Origin: a virus
DNA: 64,000 nucleotides
Strand: one strand, 5' to 3'
Virus record (IMG/VR): IMGVR_UViG_3300046820_002137
Coordinates: 32,001 to 96,000 of that record
A program made the position numbers and the translations under genes. Positions 40,059 through 50,700 of the stretch are shown piece after piece. The notes under the pieces were generated by a model. The model saw only the letters and a program-made list of their open reading frames with translations. It was not told where the DNA came from and did not search any database. The stretch's first letter is position 1; each line of letters opens with the position of its first letter.

Positions 40059-40087
40059 AGTAAATTTTTGTTCGTTTTTGATAAATA

Positions 40088-40540
40088 TTATCGCTTAGTA
40101 CTAATTCCCGCGAATTCAAAAGTTAAATTTTTCGCTGAAAAAATGTCAGTAAGTGATGAAAGCAAACTTTTTATATGAGGGCGGATATCTACGGTGTATC
40201 TTATTTTAGGAGGGAAAATCTTAGCATCAATCTGACGATGACAAATTGTCATGTCCCCATGTTTAATAAAGATGTTAAAGTGTTCTGGTCCGTCGGTATA
40301 TGACGTATCCAAAATAGATGGATTACCCTGAATCTCATAAGAATTTTCAAGCATATAATCCACAGTTTTCATTTTCAAACGATGCATGAGAGTATTTTTA
40401 AATTCTAAAATAAACTCATAAAGTTCGGATGAGTATTTCGCTTCGGGGTTGTAATCACGAACATTAAAATACCTCTGAACGATGATGTTATCGTTAACCA
40501 TCATCAAAAACTCAAGTTTTGTTAAATCTTGCTCTTTCAT
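40088..40540 (-). CDS. Hypothetical protein in the replication block
   Basis: 150-aa ORF between the exonuclease and the helicase; no recognised motif. Confidence 0.6.
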   Translation of the reverse strand: MKEQDLTKLEFLMMVNDNIIVQRYFNVRDYNPEAKYSSELYEFILEFKNTLMHRLKMKTVDYMLENSYEIQGNPSILDTSYTDGPEHFNIFIKHGDMTICHRQIDAKIFPPKIRYTVDIRPHIKSLLSSLTDIFSAKNLTFEFAGISTKR

Positions 40541-40546
40541 AAAAAA

Positions 40547-41551
40547 TTACTTTTTGGTTTTAAATTGTTTTTTTTCTTTTCTTGTTAATTTCATAAACGG
40601 TTTTACGAAGTTTACCCACGCTTCATCATGTTTTGGGAGAAATTTGAAGAACCCGTCCTCCATCATCATACGGATTAGGTTTCTATGTCCTCTCCCCTCG
40701 GGGTCTAATGTTTCACTATAATATAATTCGACTATTTCCTTACCTTCCTCTGTGATTAACGGATTAGACAAATCCACGATTTTGTTGTTAATCTCAAAAA
40801 ATTCATTTCCATAGATACCTGATTTTGTTTTACCTGAAAGTAAGTTTTGTAATATTTTGTTCTCTTTGTCCTCGGTAAGTAATACCTCGGCTCTTGTTAA
40901 AATATCGTTAAAAGAAACCTCATGGTCAAGTATCTCGGGAAATAATTTGACTAAAGTTTTTTCACCCAAATAATATATACCATCAATATTGTCCGATTTA
41001 TCACCTGACAATATTTTATATGTTTTTACATTATAGTGTGGAATTTCAACCTCATGTAGTTTGATAAAATCACCTTTCTTATATGTTAATCTCTTACTAG
41101 GTGAGTATATAGAAACGTTCTCAGATATTAGCTGGGTTAGGTCCTTATCACTCGAGAAAATGGTTATATTCTCGTTGTTTGCAATTTGACAATAATACGC
41201 AATAAGGTCATCCGCCTCATTGTTGTTAATATCAACTTGACGAACAAACATCTCTTCAAGATATTGTTTTACCCTATGTTTTTGTTGGTAAAACGACTCT
41301 TCTTTAAAGTCATATCCAGGTTTTCTGTTCTCCTTGTATTGGGGGTAGATTATTTTTCTTGTAAGGGAACTACCTTCTCCATCCCAAAACACAACTACTT
41401 TATCAAAGTTTTCTTCTTCGATAAATCGTCGGGTAGTATTTAGAAAATGCCAAATACCCCCAACGTGTTTACCTTCGTGAAAGAAATCTTTCACACCATG
41501 AAATCCAATTTTTAATAAATTGTTTCCGTCAATTAATAATGTTTTGGTCAC
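40547..41551 (-). CDS. 5'-3' exonuclease / flap endonuclease (T4 RNase H, Pol I N-terminal-like)
   Basis: LLIDGNN, VFWDG, YKENR, EADDLIA, SSDKDLTQL and GDKSDNIDG; GTG start. Confidence 0.92.
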   Translation of the reverse strand: MTKTLLIDGNNLLKIGFHGVKDFFHEGKHVGGIWHFLNTTRRFIEEENFDKVVVFWDGEGSSLTRKIIYPQYKENRKPGYDFKEESFYQQKHRVKQYLEEMFVRQVDINNNEADDLIAYYCQIANNENITIFSSDKDLTQLISENVSIYSPSKRLTYKKGDFIKLHEVEIPHYNVKTYKILSGDKSDNIDGIYYLGEKTLVKLFPEILDHEVSFNDILTRAEVLLTEDKENKILQNLLSGKTKSGIYGNEFFEINNKIVDLSNPLITEEGKEIVELYYSETLDPEGRGHRNLIRMMMEDGFFKFLPKHDEAWVNFVKPFMKLTRKEKKQFKTKK

Positions 41552-41562
41552 CTTTTATTTAA

Positions 41563-42573
41563 TTAAGGTTCGACTTCTTCTTTCAAATCAAAATCCAAAT
41601 CAGACACACCCAAAATATCTTTCCAATATTCCGCATGTTCTTTTTTGTAACTTTCAATGGATGCCTTTTCTTCGGCTGGTTCTTTACCCGCCATAAATCC
41701 ATGTGGTGTAACTATAATTTTACCATCCTCATAACCTAATCCATTGATGTGGTTTTTAAGTACAGATACTTTGGTACGAACCGCAAATTTAACAGTTCTC
41801 TTATCTTTTGTGGCGGTAATCTTTGTAGTACCAGCACCTTTTTGATTACCAAACAAAAATACCAAAGATGAGTTCAACCAAATCGCTTCACCACCTTTTG
41901 CCTTAATTTTTGGTTGTCCAAAAGGATTATCAGGAAGTTCAACCCAAGGCTGATTAACAATAACGAGTGTGTTTTCAAACTTTGAGTCAGCTTTACGACT
42001 ACCTGAAATTCGTTGGTTAATACCCATACCAATCTTGTCGGCAAGAACCGAGGCATTGTGTTGTTTACCACCTTTACCTTCAAAGGTCATCTTACAAGGA
42101 ACTGAACCAACAGAATCCCAAAGGAATAATAAACTATAGTCCAACTCACCTTTTTCTTGAGCGTCCAACAAGTTGTTTATATATTCTGTGATTTGTTCAA
42201 TATAATCGAAGTTATTATTAAATAGATAAAATCCATCCCAATCAATCTCACCTGTTGATTCATCAACAACTTCTTCACATTGAAAACCCATAATGCGAGC
42301 GTGTTCAAATGACCACTTTTGTTCGGTAATAATGAACACAGGAAGAATTCCTTTTTTCTGAGCGTCAACCGCGGCCTTTACAAGTGCGGTAGTTTTACCT
42401 GTGTCTGAGTGACCTAAGAACATATTAATATGTCCTATGGCCGGTCCAGGAATTCCAACCGCATCCAAAAATTCTGTACCCAAGTCAAAATACCTTTGAG
42501 GTTTGTATTTTGCTGAAGTAGAGAACTTAGATTTGATTGAATCTAAACCTAATTCTTTTTTCTTAATTGCCAT
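41563..42573 (-). CDS. RecA/UvsX-like recombinase
   Basis: Walker A GHSDTGKTT, FIITEQK, Walker B FLWDSVG, IVNQ, GGEA and KNH. The start is moved to ATG 42573 (MAIKKK), 1 nt after the upstream stop. Confidence 0.85.
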   Translation of the reverse strand: MAIKKKELGLDSIKSKFSTSAKYKPQRYFDLGTEFLDAVGIPGPAIGHINMFLGHSDTGKTTALVKAAVDAQKKGILPVFIITEQKWSFEHARIMGFQCEEVVDESTGEIDWDGFYLFNNNFDYIEQITEYINNLLDAQEKGELDYSLLFLWDSVGSVPCKMTFEGKGGKQHNASVLADKIGMGINQRISGSRKADSKFENTLVIVNQPWVELPDNPFGQPKIKAKGGEAIWLNSSLVFLFGNQKGAGTTKITATKDKRTVKFAVRTKVSVLKNHINGLGYEDGKIIVTPHGFMAGKEPAEEKASIESYKKEHAEYWKDILGVSDLDFDLKEEVEP

Positions 42574-42574
42574 A

Positions 42575-42799
42575 TTAACTATATTTCTTAAATTGTTGTA
42601 GAGCATCCAGCTTATCTTTAGCACTAGCCAATTGGTCTACGAATTTATCCATCTCCTCTAAGTGTTGGGGATGTTCTCCGATACCCACAGGATTATTAAG
42701 ATAAATCATGAGAGTTGCCTCGGCTTCTGAAATTTGGGCGGAGTACTTATTGGTCAACGCCTCATACAATTTTTGAGTAATTTTTTCTTGATTTGACAT
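42575..42799 (-). CDS. Small conserved helical-hairpin phage protein (NPVGIGEHP motif)
   Basis: 74 aa; two amphipathic helices around NPVGIGEHP, a motif I recall from small proteins of T4-like phages. Confidence 0.65.
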   Translation of the reverse strand: MSNQEKITQKLYEALTNKYSAQISEAEATLMIYLNNPVGIGEHPQHLEEMDKFVDQLASAKDKLDALQQFKKYS

Positions 42800-42814
42800 T
42801 TTTAAAAGGTATTA

Positions 42815-42842
42815 AAACTACCCCATATTTCAGGGGTAGTTT
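42815..42842 (-). terminator. Hairpin / terminator downstream of the SSB gene
   Basis: aaactacccc-N8-ggggtagttt. Confidence 0.65.
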
Positions 42843-42860
42843 GATTAATATTTTTTTTTA

Positions 42861-43712
42861 TTAGAAAGGTAGGTCGTCAGAAGGTTCGTCTTCAGATTGT
42901 GGGTCAACAATTGTTTTCTTTCCACCCATAGACATGGTTTCCTCTAGTTCACTTCCGTAGATGTACTTACCTGCGTCAGAATCCCAACGTGGAACTTCAC
43001 CACGAGCAATTGCCTCGAGATATTCAGCCGGCTTCTTAGAATATACATCACTCCAACCCAACTCATCATTCACCCATGTTTCTTTGGTTTCCTTATCATC
43101 ATGAAGTGGTGATGGGTCGTCGTGCATAATTGTTTGAATAACTGTATACGTTGCGCCTTTTGGAGTTTTCGCTTTAGTCAACTCAAGAATAATATCTCTA
43201 CCATTTTCAGGGTCAGTGATATCTCCCTTTTGACGGAAAATTGGAATGATTTTATCCAAAATACCTTCGTTCTTATAGTTGTGCTTAAAACGCCAGAACT
43301 TAACACCATCTTGTTCGTTGTCACGGTCGATTACCTTAACAATATAGAATTTACGTGGTTTATACTGTTTTGCAAGCTCCTTATCAGACTCTTTTCCCGT
43401 TGACATGAGTTCTTCATAAACTTCTGACAATGGAGAACGCTCGTTGTCATTTTTACCTGGGTCGAAAAACTTTTGCCATTTTCCATCAACTTGAACTTCG
43501 TGAAACCATACTTCTTTGAATGGTGAACTTCCATCTTTTGTTGGGAGGATTCGGAGTCGTTTTTGACCTTGTTTCTCGTTATCCTTAAGGATAGCCGCGA
43601 AATACTTTTTCATTCTTTCATCTTGAGACATTTTTGAGGAGTTAGATGAACCTCCTTGTTTTGAATTTTCGTACTGCGAAAGAATCGCATCTAAAGAATT
43701 GTTTGTCGCCAT
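42861..43712 (-). CDS. gp32-like single-stranded DNA-binding protein
   Basis: RLRILP…PF…WFH, YIVKVIDR, DITDPENGRDI and an acidic C-terminal tail ending DDLPF. Confidence 0.85.
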   Translation of the reverse strand: MATNNSLDAILSQYENSKQGGSSNSSKMSQDERMKKYFAAILKDNEKQGQKRLRILPTKDGSSPFKEVWFHEVQVDGKWQKFFDPGKNDNERSPLSEVYEELMSTGKESDKELAKQYKPRKFYIVKVIDRDNEQDGVKFWRFKHNYKNEGILDKIIPIFRQKGDITDPENGRDIILELTKAKTPKGATYTVIQTIMHDDPSPLHDDKETKETWVNDELGWSDVYSKKPAEYLEAIARGEVPRWDSDAGKYIYGSELEETMSMGGKKTIVDPQSEDEPSDDLPF

Positions 43713-43740
43713 AATAATTAAAATTTAAAATTGTTTATTA

Positions 43741-43769
43741 ATAATAAGTGTCAGCCTTTGTTTTGTCAA
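43741..43769 (-). promoter_or_regulatory. Sigma70-type promoter TTGACA-N17-TATTAT at the head of the replication block
   Basis: The - strand reads ttgaca aaacaaaggctgacact tattat. It sits immediately downstream of a terminator and 28 nt upstream of the SSB ATG. Confidence 0.7.
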
Positions 43770-43772
43770 ATT

Positions 43773-43797
43773 AAAAAGGGGTCATTTGACCCCTTTT
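43773..43797 (-). terminator. Intrinsic terminator closing the upstream structural unit, possibly bidirectional
   Basis: aaaaggggtca-tt-tgacccctttt, with A/T runs on both sides. Confidence 0.8.
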
Positions 43798-43798
43798 A

Positions 43799-44464
43799 TT
43801 ATCTTACCTCGGTGAAGTCTCCCGATTCCTCATCTCCAAAATCTCTAAAACTTTTTTTGATATCTATAGGTGAATAACCTTCAACATCATCCTGTGTTAG
43901 AATATAATCATTTTTTCCTGATTTTTCCAAATCAATTTCTTTATCCTCAAAAAAATCACTTAGTTTTTGGTTAAACGGTCCTGAATCTAAACTACGTAAT
44001 TCAAGTTTTTCCTCAGGAGTTTTTGTTCTATATTTTTCAACTTTAGCCTCTAAATCATTTAATTTGGTAACGATAGAATCCATATTAGATAGTTTACTTT
44101 CTAACTCTTCTAAGTGTTTGAATAAGTTATCAAAGTATTCTTCTTGTTTTGTTTCAATATTTTTTTGTGACTTAACTAAATCTGTTATTTCAAGTTCTTC
44201 TCCTTTTGCTTTACCTTCCTCATCTCCAATTTTTTCAACATCTGGGTCGGTTGCAACATCCACAGGTTGTGGAGCCGCGGTTTCAGGTGCTGCCGGAGGT
44301 GGTGGAGCCGCACCTTCTGCGGGTGGTAATGCTCCCGGGTCACCAGGTGGTGGGGGAACCGCACCTGGGTCCGCTGGTGGTGGAGGTACATCCTGTTCAG
44401 TGATATAATTATTTATTTCGTTATATCTTTTAATTTCATTTAAAATTTTTAAATCTACTCTCAT
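43799..44464 (-). CDS. Acidic, proline-rich coiled-coil protein, possibly an internal head or scaffold-like protein
   Basis: 221 aa; PPPP-x-DPGA repeats after ITEQ; central coiled coil. Confidence 0.6.
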   Translation of the reverse strand: MRVDLKILNEIKRYNEINNYITEQDVPPPPADPGAVPPPPGDPGALPPAEGAAPPPPAAPETAAPQPVDVATDPDVEKIGDEEGKAKGEELEITDLVKSQKNIETKQEEYFDNLFKHLEELESKLSNMDSIVTKLNDLEAKVEKYRTKTPEEKLELRSLDSGPFNQKLSDFFEDKEIDLEKSGKNDYILTQDDVEGYSPIDIKKSFRDFGDEESGDFTEVR

Positions 44465-44468
44465 TTGT

Positions 44469-44693
44469 TTAACCGTTTAAAAGTTGTTTAACTCCATGTA
44501 AAGTTTCTACTTGGATTTTTTTATTAATATTCATGGTATTATCTACTCTCTCGATTAGACCATCTTTCATTCTCACGGTGTAACAATCACCAGTGTCTAA
44601 ATCACATACCTCTTTGAATCCGCCGCCAGCGTCTCTTTCGGTTATTCTAGTATTTTTTCCCAAATACCTGTCTAAAATTTCTTTAGTATTCAT
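44469..44693 (-). CDS. Small hypothetical protein (CDLDTGDC)
   Basis: 74-aa ORF in frame with operon spacing and preceded by the TATTTAT motif. Confidence 0.6.
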   Translation of the reverse strand: MNTKEILDRYLGKNTRITERDAGGGFKEVCDLDTGDCYTVRMKDGLIERVDNTMNINKKIQVETLHGVKQLLNG

Positions 44694-44737
44694 GGTTTTT
44701 TATTTATAAATATCTTTATTATGATAAAAATTGTTAC

Positions 44738-47700
44738 TTAAATAACAGTCTCATCCATTAAACTTATAGCATCAGATACCTCAGTAATTATGTTATTTTT
44801 TTGAGTTTCACTCATTTCGTCCCAAACATTAGACTCAAGCTGTTTTGCTTCAGAATTTAAAACTATAAATTTCTCATATTCTCCATCTTCCGCCAAATTT
44901 GGAGTAATTCTTTGCGCCCATCTTTGTGTTAATATTTTAACAGAATCTTCTAAACTATTAAATGACACGTATGGTTTATTATTAGATGTACAATAAAATA
45001 ATCCATTACCATTAGAATCTACTTTAAAATAATTAGCCGACCCACCCCAGTCTCCTGAAATATCAATACCGGCAAAATTATTATTATACGTTTCAAAGTT
45101 CGGATTAGAGAACGTACTCGTATATAATTTAGCAAAAACAATTTGACTTAGTATTGTTGACCTTTCAATATCATTTGGTATTGCCTCTAATGATAATCTT
45201 ATAACCACCTCTTTAACTTCTTTAGGTGTTGCGGTTGATTTAACTGGTTCTTCTTTTAAGTATTGAGAATACTTAGTATTTGCACTACAAGTTTGATTTT
45301 CAGAGAAAGTATTTGCGGGATTTGAATTTATATTATCGTAACTTTCTTGAGTTTGTGATTTAACATTTGTTGCCGAACCTTGTTCAGTATCGGTTTCTTG
45401 TTTCATCCTATCTTGTATTTTCTTTATTAAATTAGTCTTTAATGTTTGAATAAATTGGTCAACTTTAGGTAACGCCGCAGTTGGTTGTCTTACTCCCGTT
45501 AATCTTGTTTCAAACATACCAGGTGCTATTGCATGTGTAACTTCCAATATCATGTAAGGACCACTAAACATAGGTACATATCTTAAATTAAAATACATTG
45601 TAGGTTGAATAAGTGCGTTACCCATCATGTTTATAGTACAGTTGTAACTTCTATTTTTATATATGTTATATAACGATGTGCTTTGTGTTGCTCCTCCTCT
45701 GTTTCCAGCCTGATTTGCCATACTATTAATCACTTGGAGTGACTCAGCGGTAGAAGTACCAGATTCTTGGGATACTTCAAATGATTTAAATATAGATTGA
45801 TTTTGAGTTCCTATATCCACATTAAATCCAACCACTTTATTAGATTTATCCCAGTCAGTTTTATTTGTTTGGTTCTCGACAAGAGGATTATCAGAAGCTC
45901 TTCTCAAGTCAAACGCGTCGTCTCTAAACCTATAATCGACATTATTTTTCATGTCAACGTGTTCAGACGCTTTAGTTGAATACATACAAACCATCTTAGC
46001 TGAAGAATCTCTATAATCCACATTCAAAAATGTACCAAATAATGTGTTACCAAATTCTAGAGTACCTTCAGGTTTAGGTTTAGGATTTTTTCCAGCATCT
46101 TGTACGTTATAAAAATTAACATAAGATGGCATATTCATTATGACAAAATTGTTTTCAATCAATATAGATTGGAAAAACGTGAATACTGTCATTTTTGGAT
46201 TTATGTTCACCAGTTTATCTTTAAGTTTAAAGATATCAATTAATACTTTATCTCCAACATTTCTACTCGCTCTATCCAACATTAACAAATCCTCAAACAG
46301 TGTCTTTTCTTTAAAATTAGCACCCGCTATCCATTTATCGTTGGTTGCCTTAAATGATTCCCATAGTTCTACTTTTGTTTGTTTACCATCTAATTCAGAT
46401 GGTTTTGGTGGTTTGTTTTGGGAACTTGTAACATTAGCCAAAGCACTTCTAATTCTTAACATTAAGTTATTTACTGTATCGGATTGAAAACTATCAACTT
46501 GATTCAAATACTCATCCATAGAATTAACTAACGTAACATTACCCCATTTAGAATTAGCATCAGGAACTGTAGGGTATTGTGGTTCTGGTGGTGTTTCGAT
46601 ATTTGTAACGTATTGTTCATCATCAGAATTTTGAGATACAAACCCATAAACTGTTTCAATGGCTTGATTAACAATAACCGTATTATTGGTTGGGTCATCA
46701 ATATCAACTTGTTCCCCTGTAAATTCAGAATCACCATTCTCATTCTTTAAAACAACAAATTTTTTTTGGTTATTTTTATACACGGTTACAGTAGATGCGT
46801 CATTAAGTGTATATATCTGTAGAATTTGACCAGGAAAATTAGTTGTGGGTAAAGAAGGACTAACACCTGTTTGTTCTTGTGTTAATTTTTGAGTTGCATA
46901 TATTTTAATTATTGGTGCTAAATTTTCTATATTTTTCTCAGTAAATTCAACATTTAAATCAACAAAAAAATCAGTAATATATGAACCATTGTCAGTATAA
47001 CTTAACTCAGGTATTTCTGAAAACCCTACATATAATTCTAAAGCCTTCCAAGCGTCTAGGTTATTAGTAGACGAAGTAGTTAATGTTGTGGTTCCTCCAT
47101 TTGTTGGTAATGAGTTTTGAACATAACTACCCCAACTATACGGGTCCTTAATATCTCTATTTGAAAAAGTATAAAACAATCTTTTATCAAACCCTGAAGG
47201 ATTACCTAATTTAAAAACTATGTCGTAATTTAAAAATTCTTTTAAATAACTATTAACTTGGGTAGCTTGGGTTTGTTGTATATTAGAGACGATATCTGTT
47301 GCCGATAAATCTGCCGGAGTATTTTTAGGCACCTTCATCATTTCCCTCATCATCATTTGGAAATTTTTAAATGATTTCTTAGGTATTGATTCCCCTTCTG
47401 TTGATGTTGATGACTGATAGTTAGTCACTGACTGTGAGAAATTTAAAAATTCCTTTTCAAAACTATCTAAGGCATTTTTATCAAAAGCGCTAAATAATTC
47501 TGAAATTAAATCATACCCTAGTTCATCAGAGTTAAGGGAATAATTTTCTTGCTCTTCGGAATCATTATTAACGTATTTTATATATTTATTAGGTCCTGGT
47601 TTAGATAATTTACTGATATCAAAATAACCATAATTAGGACACGCCCACATTCCTCTAACCGAACCATCATACATAGCATAGTTACCACTAACTTCAATGA

Positions 47701-50700
47701 CTAACTTAGCATTATCTGTGTCACCTTCAAAACATTCATTAAATGTTTGATTAATTAAACTACCATTAGATGGGATTGGATATTCAAAATTTCCGTCTGA
47801 AGTATCTACTGTTACAGACCAAGGAGTTAGACTTAAACTCCTACTAGAATTAGCAGGGTCAAAACCTAAATTACCATTTATTATTGCGTCACTTACAACA
47901 TTTAAATTTACCCCTGAATCAATCCCACTTTGGATATCGGAACTAGTATATCCATTAAAAACTTCAGAACCTTGATAGAAAACATTAAAGTCGTTAATTA
48001 ATTTAGGATAAAAACCTGTGTTAATTACAGTTTGGGTTGGTCCTCCTATTGTGAAATTAACATCCTGTTCTAGTACTATTTCCACACTTTCACCGTTAAC
48101 AGTTAAATTATATGCGGTTGTTGGGTCTGAATTTACTGGGTCATAGTTTTCAATATATTCAAAATTATTCCAAACACCGTCCATAATATCTACGTTGTTT
48201 TGAATATCGTTTTTGTATCTATACCATATCGAACCTATTTTTAAAACCCAAGCATACGGAACTTTATGAATCGCACTGAACTTTTTTAACGTGGCCAATA
48301 TATAATCTAAATCATTAGTTGTATTATTAGACTGACTTGAATTATAAGTTTTATATTTTTCTCTTAGGGTACATAATGGTAGACTGTTAATAAACAAGTA
48401 AGCCGCAGTAACAAATGGAGAGTCTTCCCCATTAGTTTGTTTTAATACACCCTCTTGAATCGCGTTTATAAACATAGGAGTATTCAACATAGAATTAACT
48501 TGGTCTGCCGATACCCCAGCATCGTAATTTTTATATCTAATATTACCTTCAGTTAAAAACTGAGTTTGGTAGGTTCTATTATTAAAAAATTCAATTAAGT
48601 CAGTTTCTTTGTTTACGTTTGGTACCTGAGCGTTTTCATAAATGAAATTTGTTATAGGTCTTTTTGTTAATGTAGTATCAGTGTTGTTAAAATTAGAAAT
48701 AATTTTATTACTCCTGTTATATGTTATTATCTTAGTAGTATTAAACGCAGCCTTAGCGTCAGAAACCGCAGCACCATTAGCCAAAGAGTTCTTAACCCAA
48801 TCTGTATTAGTTATCGGATATGTGTCTAATAAATCAAATTCATTTGTCTCAGAATTACCAGTTATAAAATTTTCGAATTCTGTTTCATTTTCCAATGAAA
48901 CCAATGGATTTGATTTTGTTGCCGCCACTGTACGTACATCCAAAAATTGGAACCCACCGCTTTCAGTTTGATTCTTGATATATTCAGTGTTGAATATACC
49001 CCTTATAAAGTTTTGCCAACTTTTACCCATACCTGAATTTGATATGTGTTTAAGTGTTGGTACAAAATTTTCAGAATTTAACCCGTAGTTTTTCAATTTT
49101 TCAATCAAAAATCCACTATCAGTTCCTAATCCGTTAACCATATTTATTTTTTCGGCATCCGATATAGTACTAGCCACAGAATCTCTACTTTGTGTAGATG
49201 AAGCGGCTCTAGAAAGTCTAGAATAATTTGAGGTATAAAATAATCTTTCATATATTTCATAGAAAAATTTAACCTCATCTTTATTTGAAAAAATTTCGTT
49301 GGTTACAGGAAATTCCATTCCATTCATTGAAACTCTTTTGACATCAGTTTCCTCGTTAAAATTAGGTTGCCCGTTTTTAGTATCTCCCGCTCTTTCAGTA
49401 TACCCTCTTAAAAACTCTTCTAAAAATTCAACTTCAGGCCATACATCATATTGATTCCCTTTTGTTTGACTAACATAATCAGGGTCTCCAGGGTATGCTA
49501 TTACATACTTTTCCTCTCCATTTTCTCCATTAGTTTCAACAATAAATTGAGGCCATGGATATATCGGTAAAGTTTCGTTATTACCTGATGATATATTATC
49601 GGCACAAGCACTTGAAGTTGATGAGTTTAAAATACAATTTTTTCTTACTTTATCATCTCTCTTGTCCCAAGCTCTAGTATGAACATCATCCATCATTCTT
49701 AAAAATGCCTCTGAATTTGCAAAAATAACCGCCATAATATTCCTAGCAGTTGGTACGAATCCAAGTCCTGTACTTTTACTTTGTAACTTTTCTGCAAGAG
49801 CCTTTGTTATGTCATCTTGAATTTTTTCTCGATAAGCAATTAAATCTTTACTCATTCTATTAGTCTCACTTAAAAAAGTCTGAGTTAGAACTTTAGTTTC
49901 CTTATTAATATTAGTGTTGTTTAAATTACCAAATTTATAATATGTGTATTTAGGGACGGGTTCTCCATCTTTAAGAGTTATATTTCCCGCATTAAAATTC
50001 ATATTTTCAGATAATTCTTTACCCAACGCATTTAAATCTTCAGTAGTTGGTTCTTGATTACCCTTTCTCTGTTTAAATGTTTCTGTTAAGTTAATTTCAC
50101 TAGGATTAGTTAATTCTTGGTAAAATAATTCAATTTTTATATTATTTGGTATACTACTTCGTTGTTTTTTACCGTTTATTTCATAAAACCCGTTTTCTCC
50201 TACTGTTTTATTACTATTTAATATTGTGTTATATTCGGTAATAAGTTTTTTTAGATTTGTAAGAGCCTCTTCTTTCTTTTTCTCATCCGAAAATTCTTTT
50301 TTGAATGAATACAATTTCATGTCGTCTGAGACCGAAACAAAATAATTTTGTTTGTCCATGTATGTTTCAAACCAAGATTCATTTAAAATGTAAAAAACTT
50401 TGTTTTGATACTCTTTTAACTTTTTTTCATAAAATTCCAAGTCATTAAGTGGGGCCATATTTTGTTGTATGAAAGACTCCAAATAATTTTTTATAAAAAA
50501 TTCCAATCTATAATACATTTGCATTATAGTAATCTCTGGAAAATCATCAGGTATTAAACCTTTATTTTTGTACTCACTATATAGTTCTTTAATTTTTTGT
50601 GTTCCCTTTTGAACCGGTAAATCGTTAACTGTTGTAGATTGTGACGGACCTCCTTCATTACCCTTAACAGGTAAGTTATTACTATACATGTGAGGAGTTG

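Noticed and set aside
35271-42573. Introns or inteins in nrdA, nrdB, helicase or recA
   Set aside because: All have normal lengths and contiguous motifs, with no intein termini or homing endonuclease ORFs.
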